From assembly GCA_944390805.1 (NCBI GenBank), contig CALXQW010000038.1, positions 42,635 through 106,634 of the forward strand: a stretch of DNA of 64,000 nucleotides, given 5' to 3'. Position 1 is the first letter of the stretch, and each line of letters opens with the position of its first letter. Under the pieces are notes generated by a model. It saw only the letters and a program-made list of their open reading frames with translations. It was not told the origin of the DNA and ran no database searches. Of this stretch, positions 36,603-46,377 are shown in pieces. Source of the stretch: an uncultured Opitutales bacterium. GTDB lineage: Bacteria; Verrucomicrobiota; Verrucomicrobiia; Opitutales; Intestinicryptomonadaceae. A program made the position numbers and the translations under genes.

Positions 36603-36950
36603 TTACGCCTTTACCTTTGCGATAAGGGCCGCAAATGCGGCGGCATCATTTATGGCAAGCTCGGAGAGCTGCTTGCGGTCGAGCTGTATATTGAGCTTCT
36701 TAAGACCGGCCATAAATACGCTGTACTTTATTCCAGCCGCCCTGCAAGCCGCGTTGATGCGGGTTATCCAGAGGCTGCGGAACTCGCGGCGCCTTACGCG
36801 GCGGTCGCGGTATGCGTATTTCCTCGCGCGCTGCGAGGCGTCTTTTGCGTAGCGGTACAGGCGGGATTTATTGCCGAAGTACCCTCTTGTTGTCTTCATC
36901 AGACGCTGTTTGCGTCTGCGTGTTTGTCCTGCGTTTGTTACTCTTGGCAT
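36603..36950 (-). CDS. rplT: 50S ribosomal protein L20
   Basis: 'MPRVTNAGQTRRRKQRLMKTTRGYFG..YAYRDRR.RRREFR.LWI.RINAA' is highly conserved in L20. Confidence 0.95.
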   Translation of the reverse strand: MPRVTNAGQTRRRKQRLMKTTRGYFGNKSRLYRYAKDASQRARKYAYRDRRVRRREFRSLWITRINAACRAAGIKYSVFMAGLKKLNIQLDRKQLSELAINDAAAFAALIAKVKA

Positions 36951-37034
36951 GTTTCTTTGTCTTTCTTTATTATATTAGCCTGGGGGTCGCCTTTGTATAC
37001 ACCCTTTCGGCCTGAGTTTACATTTCCGTTTCTT

Positions 37035-37229
37035 CTACGCGCAGGGAAGAGCCGCCTTTACGGTGCGTATTACACCCTTTGTATCGACAGCCTTGTCCTG
37101 GCCCATAGAACGCCTCTGCTTTACGGACTTGGCGCTGAGCAGATGACGCTTTCCGGCCACTCTGCGCATTACTTTGCCCCTTGCGGAGACTTTGAAACGT
37201 TTTGCTATGGATTTCTTGGTCTTTTGCAT
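37035..37229 (-). CDS. rpmI: 50S ribosomal protein L35
   Basis: 'MQKTKKSIAKRFKVSARGKVMRRVAGKRHLL' is typical of L35. No infC lies upstream. Confidence 0.9.
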   Translation of the reverse strand: MQKTKKSIAKRFKVSARGKVMRRVAGKRHLLSAKSVKQRRSMGQDKAVDTKGVIRTVKAALPCA

Positions 37230-37319
37230 TGTTATAGGTGAAAAATCGTATAAAGAATATCTTTTATGTATTTTGTAAAGCTTTTTTTATATTTTTGAAA
37301 TAAAAATTTCAGCAGGGGC

Positions 37320-37328
37320 ATTATAGCA
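37320..37328 (-). promoter_or_regulatory. Candidate extended -10 promoter element (TGCTATAAT) for rpmI-rplT
   Basis: The minus strand reads TGCTATAAT about 90 nt upstream of the rpmI ATG. The -35 region is poor (GGCATA). Confidence 0.3.
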
Positions 37329-37418
37329 CTTGTATATTAGATTATGCCGCATGACCATAAAACTATGGGTATAAAAAAAGATTGCGTAAGCATCAAATTG
37401 CTTCAAGCTATTTTGCCC

Positions 37419-38651
37419 ATGAAAAAAATGAAGCTTCTCGGTCTTGCGGCGGCGACAGTGGCGCTTTCGGCCTGCGGTATAATAGAGGAAATATCCTCGT
37501 CTGATTCCGACGATTGGACCTTCGGACAAGATTTGGCGTTCCTGAAGAAACACGATCCTGAATGTCTTATTCTCGGCCAGGGAGATTCCTATATTGCCGT
37601 ATCGCCAAATTGGCAGGCAAGGGTTCTTACGAGCACTCTCGACGGGGAAGAGGGCTTGAGCCTGGGCTGGTACAATCGCTTGCTTGCTATGGACGATAAG
37701 CGCGAGGAAGAATATCTAAACCGCTTTGGTGGCGAGGAAAGACTGCGCATAGGTCCGGAGGGAGGAGATGCTTCTTTGTTTTTCCCAGCCGGGAGCCTTT
37801 ATACTGCGGAAAATTGGAGGGCTCCGAGCTTTTTGTCTAAAGAGCCTTGGAAGCTTGTTGAAAGGTCTGCTACGGAAGCCCGTTTTGAGAAGCTTGCGGA
37901 GGTCGACAACGCAAAGGGCGCCCATTTTAAGATGCTATTGGAAAGGCAGGTATCTTTTATACCTAAAGCTGATGCTGCCAAAATACTTGGCATAGACATT
38001 CCTGAAGGGGTTAAGGCTGTTGCGTACCAGTCTATAAATAAGGTTACAAATCTTGGTCCCGACGATTGGAGCTCAAAGTTTGGAATGATAAATATTTCGG
38101 TGCAGTCCTGTTTTACCGCAAACGACACCACCGCTGTTTTTATTCCCTACAAACCCGGCGACATGGCTAAGTTTGGCGATATCTTAAGCGGCGAATATTT
38201 TGTCGCATCTGAAAGCCAATATGTTGTAGAGCCCAACTTCATAAAATTTAAGGTGGACGCCAAGCGCATAGAAGAGATTGGCGTAAACGCAATGCGCAGC
38301 AAAGGAATATTGCTTTCTTTTAACGGAAAGAGCAATGTGTTGACAGTCATAACGTATCTGCGTCCGGCTTCGGTAAAAGGATATTTGCCCAATACTTGGA
38401 GGAGGAACAATCCTAAGAACGAGGGGGACGCCATAAGCGTATACAACAATGGTCCTGTTGCCCAGGGAGCCTTTTACGCCATGCCTTTCTATGAAATTTC
38501 AACGCATTCCCCGGCTCTTGCATTGGCTAGGGGGAAAAGCCAGTTCCATCTTCAGCGCACATACCATTTTAGCGGTTCCGAATACGATTTAGGAAAGATT
38601 GCCTACGCTCTTACCGGCATATCCATGAAGCAGATTAGGGGCGAGGAATAA
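37419..38651 (+). CDS. Hypothetical lipoprotein (410 aa)
   Basis: I prefer the start at MKKMKLLGLAAATVALSAC/G (lipobox, coordinate 37419). No family recognised. Confidence 0.65.
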   Translation: MKKMKLLGLAAATVALSACGIIEEISSSDSDDWTFGQDLAFLKKHDPECLILGQGDSYIAVSPNWQARVLTSTLDGEEGLSLGWYNRLLAMDDKREEEYLNRFGGEERLRIGPEGGDASLFFPAGSLYTAENWRAPSFLSKEPWKLVERSATEARFEKLAEVDNAKGAHFKMLLERQVSFIPKADAAKILGIDIPEGVKAVAYQSINKVTNLGPDDWSSKFGMINISVQSCFTANDTTAVFIPYKPGDMAKFGDILSGEYFVASESQYVVEPNFIKFKVDAKRIEEIGVNAMRSKGILLSFNGKSNVLTVITYLRPASVKGYLPNTWRRNNPKNEGDAISVYNNGPVAQGAFYAMPFYEISTHSPALALARGKSQFHLQRTYHFSGSEYDLGKIAYALTGISMKQIRGEE

Positions 38652-38823
38652 ACCGCCGCCTCTCCTTGCGGAAAAATATCCTTCTATTGGCAGCGCAATC
38701 TTGCCCTCATAGATTGATATATTTCCGCTCTATATTTATGGTATGCGGCAAAAGTGGGTAAAATATTTTTGTAAAATTACGATTTTATATAGCCGCACTT
38801 TTTCTTTGCGGTGTTTTTAATTT

Positions 38824-39885
38824 ATGAAAGATAAAATGGACAAATTCCTCAAGGCGCTTCTCGATGCCCGGTCTCCAACCGGTTGCGAGTACGAGGCAAC
38901 TTCAGTATTGGAAAAGTATGTATCGGATCTCTCCGATACATTTGAAAAAGACACTCTTGGGAATCGTTTTGCCAGCATAGGCAAGGGCGGCAAAACCTTG
39001 ATGCTTGCTGGGCATATAGACGAGATAGGCCTGATAATAACTTATATAGATGACAACGGCTATCTTTTCTTCGACCAGCTTGGCGGGCACGACAGATGCA
39101 TGCTTTCCGGTCGCCGCGTATGTATACTTTCCAAGAAGGGTGTTGTCTACGGGGTAACAGGCAAAAAGGCAATACACCTAATGGACGAGAAGGAGCGCAA
39201 AGAAGTTCCTGAGACCAGCCATATCTGGATAGACATAGGCGCCAAGAGCAGAGCCGAGGCTGAAAAGCGGGTATCTGTGGGCGACAGTGCCGTTTACGAT
39301 GTTTCCGCAAACAATATTTATGGATCCATATATGCTGCGAGAGCTTTCGACGACAAGGCCGGTTGCTACTGCGCTTTTGAGGCGTTGCGCCGTCTTTCCG
39401 CAAAGAAAAAGTCTTTATCTTGCAAGCTTGTCAGTGTTGGAACTGTTCAGGAGGAGATAGGAACGCGCGGAGCATGGCCGGCAGGCTATGCGGTAAATCC
39501 GGATGTGGCAATAGCAATAGACGTAGACCACGCCACGGATTACCCCTATATAGACATGCGCAAATCCGGTTCTATAAAGCTTGGTGCCGGGCCGGTAATT
39601 TCTTGCGGGCCGAATATGAATCCGAAGGTTGTGGAGCGCCTTGAGGCGTGTGCTGAAGAGATGAAGATTCCGTTCCAGCGTGCGGCGGAGAGTCGCCCCA
39701 CTGGTACGGACGCTCGCATATTGCAGATGTCACGCGCCGGGGTTGCTACCGGTCTGCTTGGCATTCCTCTGCGCTACATGCACACTCCGGCGGAGGTTGC
39801 AGATATTGACGATATTGAAAATTGTGTAAAGCTGCTTGAGGCTTTTGCGCTGTCTTTAAAACCTTCCGACGATTTCACCTACTAA
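38824..39885 (+). CDS. M42-family metallo-aminopeptidase (FrvX/CelM-like)
   Basis: 'LMLAGHIDEIGLIITYIDDNGYLFF', 'FDDKAGC' and 'VQEEIGTRGA' match M42 metal-ligand motifs. Confidence 0.85.
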   Translation: MKDKMDKFLKALLDARSPTGCEYEATSVLEKYVSDLSDTFEKDTLGNRFASIGKGGKTLMLAGHIDEIGLIITYIDDNGYLFFDQLGGHDRCMLSGRRVCILSKKGVVYGVTGKKAIHLMDEKERKEVPETSHIWIDIGAKSRAEAEKRVSVGDSAVYDVSANNIYGSIYAARAFDDKAGCYCAFEALRRLSAKKKSLSCKLVSVGTVQEEIGTRGAWPAGYAVNPDVAIAIDVDHATDYPYIDMRKSGSIKLGAGPVISCGPNMNPKVVERLEACAEEMKIPFQRAAESRPTGTDARILQMSRAGVATGLLGIPLRYMHTPAEVADIDDIENCVKLLEAFALSLKPSDDFTY

Positions 39886-39897
39886 GGCTATTTTCTT

Positions 39898-40698
39898 ATG
39901 AGTCAGCCAGATAAATTTTCCGGTTCGCCGCGGGTGGTATTGACGCGTCCTGACAATGCGGATGTTGCAAAATTGATAAAGGATGCCGGAGGAGTTCCCA
40001 TAGAAATTCCTCTAATAGAAATTCGCTATGAGGCCGTTGCCGAAGATTCCGACGAGTTTTTCGACCATATTGCCACTTACGATTGGCTAACTTTTTCAAG
40101 CAAGAACGGCGTTAAAGGTTTCTTTAAGGAATTTTTTAGAAAGTACCAGGATATACGCTGCATAGGTCCCTGCCGCATAGCGTGCACGGGCTATGCTACG
40201 GCGCGTTTTCTTTTGGAGAACTACCGTTTGATTTCCGATGTTGTTCCGGAAAGCCAGACTGTAAAAGATCTGCCAAAGTGCATGATGGCGCACGAATCTT
40301 TGGATAACCGCAATATTTTATGCGTAGGCGGGTCTTTGTCGGACAAGAGCTTCATGAAAGAGCTTGAAGATGTTGGCGGAGCCATGACGGAATTTTTTGA
40401 AGTTTATAAAACTTCTCTGGTGAATTTGTCCGAGACAGGCAAGTCTGTGCAAGATTTTAAAAAGTCTGGAGCTGACTATGTTGTGTTTTCCAGCCCATCT
40501 GCTGTGGAGTCTTTCCTAAAAAATGCAAAGACTTTGCAGACGGAAAAAGGTGCGCTTGCGCCAAAGGCTGTCAGTATTGGAAAGACAACGTCGGCGGCAG
40601 TAAAGAAATTTGGGCTGCCACTTGTTTCCGAAGCCGACGAACCTTCTCCGGAAGGAATCTTAAGGGCGCTTCTGTCGGCAGATAAAAAACAAAAATAG
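39898..40698 (+). CDS. Uroporphyrinogen-III synthase-like protein (HemD family)
   Basis: Two-lobe HEM4-like pattern ('VVLTRP....L...G..PIEIPLIEI', 'DWLTFSSKNGV', 'YVVFSSPSAVESF'). No other heme genes are adjacent. Confidence 0.6.
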   Translation: MSQPDKFSGSPRVVLTRPDNADVAKLIKDAGGVPIEIPLIEIRYEAVAEDSDEFFDHIATYDWLTFSSKNGVKGFFKEFFRKYQDIRCIGPCRIACTGYATARFLLENYRLISDVVPESQTVKDLPKCMMAHESLDNRNILCVGGSLSDKSFMKELEDVGGAMTEFFEVYKTSLVNLSETGKSVQDFKKSGADYVVFSSPSAVESFLKNAKTLQTEKGALAPKAVSIGKTTSAAVKKFGLPLVSEADEPSPEGILRALLSADKKQK

Positions 40699-40731
40699 GC
40701 GCGCATAAAGCTCAGCAATTCTTATTTCAAA

Positions 40732-40775
40732 AAAGCGGCTTTTATTGAGGAATATTGCCTCTTTAAAGCCGCTTT
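40732..40775. terminator. Bidirectional terminator-like hairpin
   Basis: aaagcggcttt (40732-40742) / aaagccgcttt (40765-40775) with a 22-nt loop. Flanked by an A-run and a T-run. Confidence 0.55.
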
Positions 40776-40876
40776 TTACTGTTTCTATTTCTCCAGCAGG
40801 TGAATTAGTTTTTGCGCTTTGCTAAATTGCAGTTTCTTACATATTGTGGGAGTATATCTTCTGAATATGGGATTTA

Positions 40877-41524
40877 TCATTCTTTATTTTGAAGTGGCGT
40901 CTGTTTAGCGTTCTTTGCAAGTTCTTTTGCTCGTTCCACGTCGAAAAATCCCTCTCTGCCAACAACAACATCTGATCCTCTAAAAACTTTTTCCAAAGTC
41001 TTTAAAGCAATTTTTACGTCTCCCCAGAAAGTGATATTGTCCGCATATTGGGCGTCGAACTCGAGCTTTTCAGACCAACTAATGTTGTTTCTTCCGTTTA
41101 CCTGGGCAAGCCCGGTAATTCCGGGCCTAACGTTGTGGCGCTTGCGTTCGCGCGCGGTGTAGTAGGGCAGATAGCGCGGAAGAAGCGGACGCGGACCTAT
41201 AAAAGACATATCTCCCTTCAATACGCAAAAAAATTGAGGAATCTCATCTAAACTTGTCTTTCTGAGAAATTTTCCAACGCGCGTCAGTCTGACGGAATCC
41301 GGCAATAGGTTTCCGCCTTCGTCTTTTTCATTATTCATGCTGCGAAATTTTGTTATCCCAAAGAGCTTCTCATTTAAGCCTACGCGCGTTTGCTTGAACA
41401 TCACGGGAGAACCCATGCTTATCTTAACAAGCACAGATATAAAAATATATAGCGGCAATAAAAGCGTTATTAAGATTGCTGAACATACAAAATCTATCGG
41501 GCGTTTGAAATATTTTGCATACAT
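40877..41524 (-). CDS. Small monotopic phosphoglycosyl transferase (PglC/WbaP C-terminal-domain-like bacterial sugar transferase)
   Basis: 'KRPIDFVCSAILITLLLPLYIFISVLVK..GSPVMFKQTRVG..FGITKFRSM' and 'DEIPQFFCVLKGDMSFIGPRP' are hallmark motifs. Confidence 0.85.
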   Translation of the reverse strand: MYAKYFKRPIDFVCSAILITLLLPLYIFISVLVKISMGSPVMFKQTRVGLNEKLFGITKFRSMNNEKDEGGNLLPDSVRLTRVGKFLRKTSLDEIPQFFCVLKGDMSFIGPRPLLPRYLPYYTARERKRHNVRPGITGLAQVNGRNNISWSEKLEFDAQYADNITFWGDVKIALKTLEKVFRGSDVVVGREGFFDVERAKELAKNAKQTPLQNKE

Positions 41525-41550
41525 GATATTATCTTATTCTCTACGCTTTT

Positions 41551-41591
41551 ATAAAAGAACCCCGATGCCATTTTTATTGGCCTCGAGGTTC
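41551..41591 (-). terminator. Terminator after prs
   Basis: Minus strand: imperfect 14-bp stem GAACCTCGAGGCCA / TGGCATCGGGGTTC followed by TTTTAT. Confidence 0.6.
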
Positions 41592-41631
41592 TTCAGATTT
41601 TAATGCCGTTTGTTTCGCATCTGGCGGGAGG

Positions 41632-42585
41632 TTAGAATCCCTTTATCTTAAAGAGCGAAGTTATGGACATATTGTTGTGTATTCTCAAAATAGCCTCTGA
41701 GAAAAGATGCGCCACAGACAATATAGTTATAGGATAGTCCTTGTAGCGCGGATCTGGCGCGGTTGAGTCTGTAACTATAAGCTCGTCAAGGAAGCCCTCC
41801 TTCAACCTTTCATATGCCTTGTCTGTAAGAACAGCGTGTGTAACTGCCGCCCTTACAGAACGGGCACCGTTCTTCTTAAGAAGAGCTGCGGCAGCCATAA
41901 GAGTACCGGCGGTTTCCGTCATATCGTCGAGAATCAACACGTCTTTACCATTTACATCTCCAACAAGACTCGTGGCTTCTACAACGTCTGCGCTAACCCT
42001 GCGCTTTGCGATAAATCCCAATGGACAATCAAGCATCTCGGCATATGCGTGCGCTCTCTTAAGCCCTCCTACGTCCGGAGAAAATACCGTCATATTGGAT
42101 AAATCTTTACCCTTGAGGTAATCGTATATTACGGGAGATGCATACAGATGGTCGCAGGGAATATCGAAGAATCCTTGTATCTGCTGGGCGTGCAAGTCCA
42201 AAGTAAGAACCCTATTGGCTCCTGCTGCAACAAGAAGGTTAGCAATGAGCTTTGAAGTTATCGGCACCCTCGGCTGGTCTTTCCTGTCCTGTCGGGCATA
42301 ACCAAAAAACGGTAATACCGCCGTTATGCGCTTTGCGGAAGCCCTGCGCGCAGCGTCTATCATTATAAGCAGCTCCATGACGCTCTCATTCGTTGGGCGG
42401 CTGGTAGACTGTATTATAAATACATCGTCTCCCCTTATGTGGTCTATTATCTTTACAAAAGTTTCGCTGTCCGGAAAGGAGAGAACCTCCGCATTGCCGA
42501 GTGGCAGGGAAAGATTGTCGCAAATTGCCTTTGCGAGGGCTGGGTTTGTGCGTCCCGAAAATATTTTTATATTGTCGATTTTCAT
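41632..42585 (-). CDS. prs: Ribose-phosphate pyrophosphokinase
   Basis: 'IKIFSGRTNPALAKAIC', 'YARQDRK' and the PRPP-binding loop 'VLILDDMTETAGT'. Confidence 0.95.
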   Translation of the reverse strand: MKIDNIKIFSGRTNPALAKAICDNLSLPLGNAEVLSFPDSETFVKIIDHIRGDDVFIIQSTSRPTNESVMELLIMIDAARRASAKRITAVLPFFGYARQDRKDQPRVPITSKLIANLLVAAGANRVLTLDLHAQQIQGFFDIPCDHLYASPVIYDYLKGKDLSNMTVFSPDVGGLKRAHAYAEMLDCPLGFIAKRRVSADVVEATSLVGDVNGKDVLILDDMTETAGTLMAAAALLKKNGARSVRAAVTHAVLTDKAYERLKEGFLDELIVTDSTAPDPRYKDYPITILSVAHLFSEAILRIHNNMSITSLFKIKGF

Positions 42586-42828
42586 GGAAAATGAAAAGCC
42601 TTGGAATGCTTATTTTTAATAGGCAGAACATATATATTCATCCATTTGCGTCAAGGTTAATCTGTCTATATGCAGTGCCGTATAATGACTTTATAGATTG
42701 TTTATAGAGATGGAGAAATCTCTTTACATTTTGCTGAAAATGGTCGATAATCAAATTAAAATTTGATGGTTGATATTAATCTTCCAAAATTTGTTATTAT
42801 AAAAGTGCAATGTATAGATTTAAAGAAA

Positions 42829-44013
42829 ATGAAAAATAGGTTTTTATCATATATTTTTTTAACTTCTTTAGCAGCTATATTTTCCCATATGGCCAATGCA
42901 TCGGTTGACTATCATGGCCAGACCATAAATGGGTATAACTTCACAACTTCTTCTTATGATGCCGATGATTTTTCCAATTCGGATTTTTCTGGAGTAACTG
43001 CAATAGACACATTATTTTCAACGGCTACAGTAAATAGGATTTTTACAGATTCGAACTTTAGCAATTCCAACTTGAAAGATGCTCTTTTTAACTATGCTGG
43101 ATTGTCTGGAGTAGATTTTTCTTCATCTAATCTGTATGGAGTTTATTTTATATCCGCTAATCTTGCAAATGCTGATTTTACAAATGCCATTATAACTCAT
43201 GCCGATTTTACAAGCACAGTGCAATATGGTTTTTCTGCCGAACAATTTTATTCTACGGCATCGTATCAAAGCAAGAATCTGCAATATGTAAATTTTGAGT
43301 ACAACGATCTAGAAGGTTGGAATTTTTCTGGTCAGGATTTAACTAGGGCAAATTTCTCAATCTCGTCTTTGATAAATGCAGACTTTCGCAATGCAAATCT
43401 TACCAACGCAATATTTGGAGCTCCAAATCTTAGCGGGACTGATTTTAGAGGATCTACCGGCGCAACATGGAGTAGCGCTATCACGACAAATACTATTCTT
43501 GCCGACGGCAACCTCAATGGCGGGGCGCTCAATTTATCGGGGCAAGGTAATTCTTTAATTATACGCGTATCAGATACATCTGCCGTTTTGATGACTGCCT
43601 CCGGTGCTGTATCTGACGGCGCTGAACTTATATTTGAGGGAAAATATTCCTCGACAGACAACTCCCTATTGAAGGTCTCCGGAGATGGAGTTTCTTTAGA
43701 TTTATCAGGAGCTAAGATAGATGTATATTTGGCGGAGGGATTCGGGGCTGATTCAGAAGTGTTCCTAAATCTGATAGAGGCATCAGATGGAGCGGGAATT
43801 GTCCTTAATGGTCTTTCAAAAGAGGATGTTGCTGTTTTCAATTCCGACGGAACTGTCTATGCCGGCGAGTGGGCTTTGTCTGCCTCAACTTCTGAAGTAG
43901 GTATAATTGTTGGAATTCCGGAACCGGCAGATGCTGTATGCATATTCTCTATGGCTGCTTTATTTTATTGCATCTTTAGGAGATTGCCTAATCTGCGTGT
44001 CTCGCAGAAATAA
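42829..44013 (+). CDS. Pentapeptide-repeat protein with a C-terminal PEP-CTERM sorting signal
   Basis: I prefer the start at MKNRFLSYIFL..ANA (signal peptide). Many A(D/N)LxX-type pentapeptides are present (NLANADFTNAIITHADFT..). The C-terminus 'GIPEPADAVCIFSMAALFYCIFRRL' is PEP, TM segment, then basic residues. Confidence 0.8.
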   Translation: MKNRFLSYIFLTSLAAIFSHMANASVDYHGQTINGYNFTTSSYDADDFSNSDFSGVTAIDTLFSTATVNRIFTDSNFSNSNLKDALFNYAGLSGVDFSSSNLYGVYFISANLANADFTNAIITHADFTSTVQYGFSAEQFYSTASYQSKNLQYVNFEYNDLEGWNFSGQDLTRANFSISSLINADFRNANLTNAIFGAPNLSGTDFRGSTGATWSSAITTNTILADGNLNGGALNLSGQGNSLIIRVSDTSAVLMTASGAVSDGAELIFEGKYSSTDNSLLKVSGDGVSLDLSGAKIDVYLAEGFGADSEVFLNLIEASDGAGIVLNGLSKEDVAVFNSDGTVYAGEWALSASTSEVGIIVGIPEPADAVCIFSMAALFYCIFRRLPNLRVSQK

Positions 44014-44178
44014 TACCAATTTTATTGGCAGCACTTAATATCTTATCTAAAGATAAGTATTACCATTTCTTCTGTACGCCCAAAAATCTTTACAGGGCGC
44101 GGAATATTATTTCTTCAATTGCTTTTGCTTAGCATAGGCTCTATTGTCAGCCCATATTTTCCCATTAGGAAAATAAAT

Positions 44179-45657
44179 TTATTTTGAAGGCTGCATTATC
44201 TCTCTTGTAGGTACTGCAAGCCTTAGATTTTCGCTTTTAATTGCCCTCATTATTGCAAGGCTAATACGCTGGCGCACTATCTTGGCGGTTTCACCACCTT
44301 GGGGAACGCAGTATGATACGGATATGTCTAAAGACCATTCGCCAAAGCCTTCAAAAACAACTTCGGCAGATTCTTTTCCTATGTCATCGTCGCATTCGAC
44401 TATTTTCTTTATCTGCTTAATTATGCTCTCAATATTGTCGGCGTCGGCATCCATACTGATGCGTATCTTTTGCCTTATAACCTCCGCAGGATCTTTAGAT
44501 ACATTGTCTACGAGGTTCGATGCAACCGTTGAATTTGGGGCATATATAATGGTTTTTTGAGGTGTCTTGATTTTTGTGGAACGCATTCCTATCGATTCCA
44601 CAATGCCTTCAACTCCCTCTATCTTCACAGTATCGCCAACTTCAAAAGGCCTATCTATTATTATGGCTATAGATCCTACAAAATTTGCAATAGTATCTTT
44701 AGATGCAAATGCCAATGCCGCCGCGCCGATTGCAAAAGTTGCTATGAGCGCGCCTACATTTACGCCCACTATATCCAGCGATACCAACACAAACATTGAA
44801 TATAGGAACCATTTCACTCCGCCTTTTGAAAGAGCCAGAAGGTCTCGTGCGGCAGGGTATCGTTTTGCAAATCTTCGCGAGGCAACATCCATCATATTAA
44901 GGGTCAATATTCCAAATATCCAGAATAGTATTCCCAAAAATAGAATGGTTGATATTGTTCCAACAAATACTATGGCTGTTGGATCTGATACAGTGAGCTC
45001 AAATGCGGTATGTGCACCTATGAGAATTATAACAGCTCTTATCGGATTTATTATCTTTTCCAAAAAAGATTTTATCTCAGCTGAATTTTCTGAAGAGAAA
45101 GGCATGGAAACTAATCTTATTAGTAGTCCTACTAAATATCTTTGAACTATTATTGCCGCCAAAATTATAAATACTGCAGCCATAATACAAAATACGCTTA
45201 CGCCATAAATTTTTCCGTCTAAGAAACGATATAGGTCTGGAAAATATGGTTTTATCTTTTGGAATATATCTTCAACAGCTCTTTTTAATTCCTTTGCATT
45301 TTCTATTCGAAATTCTGAATATGAAAGTGGAGTTGTACTTGCTTCTTTGTTTACTTTTTTACCTATTACATTTTGTTTTGAATTCTCTTTAACAGATATT
45401 TCTCCGCTCTGTTTTGCAGCATTAGACAAAACCTCGGCTTCGTCGAGAGCCTCTTCTCCAGTGGCGTCTTCTATTATGCTCTTTGCAAGAGAATTAGCAA
45501 CTTTTTGTTGGGCCGCGCTAGTCTGGTCTATAGCTTTCAGACCCTCTTTTATGTCTATGGCAATATCGCTTTCCGCATTTGAATATATATGGGGCAATAG
45601 TGCGAATAAAATAATAGGCAATAACTTAATGTATTTGCTGCAATAAAACATCTTCAT
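44179..45657 (-). CDS. Mechanosensitive ion channel (MscS family) with an N-terminal exported domain
   Basis: 'ANFVGSIAIIIDRPFEVGDTVKIEGVEGIVESIGMRSTKIKT' is the conserved MscS TM3/beta-domain junction. Confidence 0.8.
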   Translation of the reverse strand: MKMFYCSKYIKLLPIILFALLPHIYSNAESDIAIDIKEGLKAIDQTSAAQQKVANSLAKSIIEDATGEEALDEAEVLSNAAKQSGEISVKENSKQNVIGKKVNKEASTTPLSYSEFRIENAKELKRAVEDIFQKIKPYFPDLYRFLDGKIYGVSVFCIMAAVFIILAAIIVQRYLVGLLIRLVSMPFSSENSAEIKSFLEKIINPIRAVIILIGAHTAFELTVSDPTAIVFVGTISTILFLGILFWIFGILTLNMMDVASRRFAKRYPAARDLLALSKGGVKWFLYSMFVLVSLDIVGVNVGALIATFAIGAAALAFASKDTIANFVGSIAIIIDRPFEVGDTVKIEGVEGIVESIGMRSTKIKTPQKTIIYAPNSTVASNLVDNVSKDPAEVIRQKIRISMDADADNIESIIKQIKKIVECDDDIGKESAEVVFEGFGEWSLDISVSYCVPQGGETAKIVRQRISLAIMRAIKSENLRLAVPTREIMQPSK

Positions 45658-45878
45658 ATAATATATATTTATCTCGGGGAATATCTTTAGCGTAGTCGCA
45701 AAAGTTTTACGACATAAAAATGATATTTCTCGTATTATTATATTTACGTTTAAAAATATGGCGTAAGCTTAATACTTAGATTTTTTACGTTTGATTTCTG
45801 AGAGTTTATTTATTGCGTATTTTGAATATATCGTATAACTTAAGATTATAGTCCTTATAAATTTAAATTGTATTTATC

Positions 45879-46343
45879 ATGAAAATAGTAATAGGAGCTG
45901 ATCCATTTGCATATTCGCTAAAAAGAGAACTTTTGAAACACTTGGGAAAAAGGCAATTTGAAATCTTGGATGCCGATAATTTTTCGAATGAGCCCTATTT
46001 TAATGTGGGGCAAAAGGCGGCAAAATTAGTGGCAAACAGATCCGCCGATTGCGGAATATTGTTATGCGGAACAGGTGCTGGTATGTCTATTGTTGCAAAT
46101 AAGATTGCTGGAGTTAGGGCAGTTTGTGTTGAGTCTGTTTTTGCAGCAAAAAAAGCAAAGACCATAAATAATGCAAATGTAATAACTATGGGGGCTATGA
46201 TAGTTGGTCCGGCCATGGCTTGCGATATGACAGATGCATGGATAGATTCTAAATTTACGGAAGGCTTCCCCGGTTTGGAAGGCTTTTTAAACGATGCGTT
46301 AAATAGTGTAAAAAAGATAGATCTTGAGAATAGGAAAGCCTAG
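45879..46343 (+). CDS. RpiB/LacA/LacB-family sugar-phosphate isomerase
   Basis: 'MKIVIGADPFAY', 'GILLCGTGAGMSIVANK' and 'NANVITMGA' motifs. Confidence 0.8.
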   Translation: MKIVIGADPFAYSLKRELLKHLGKRQFEILDADNFSNEPYFNVGQKAAKLVANRSADCGILLCGTGAGMSIVANKIAGVRAVCVESVFAAKKAKTINNANVITMGAMIVGPAMACDMTDAWIDSKFTEGFPGLEGFLNDALNSVKKIDLENRKA

Positions 46344-46377
46344 CTGGGAGCTTTGAACTAATATTGTAAATATATGT

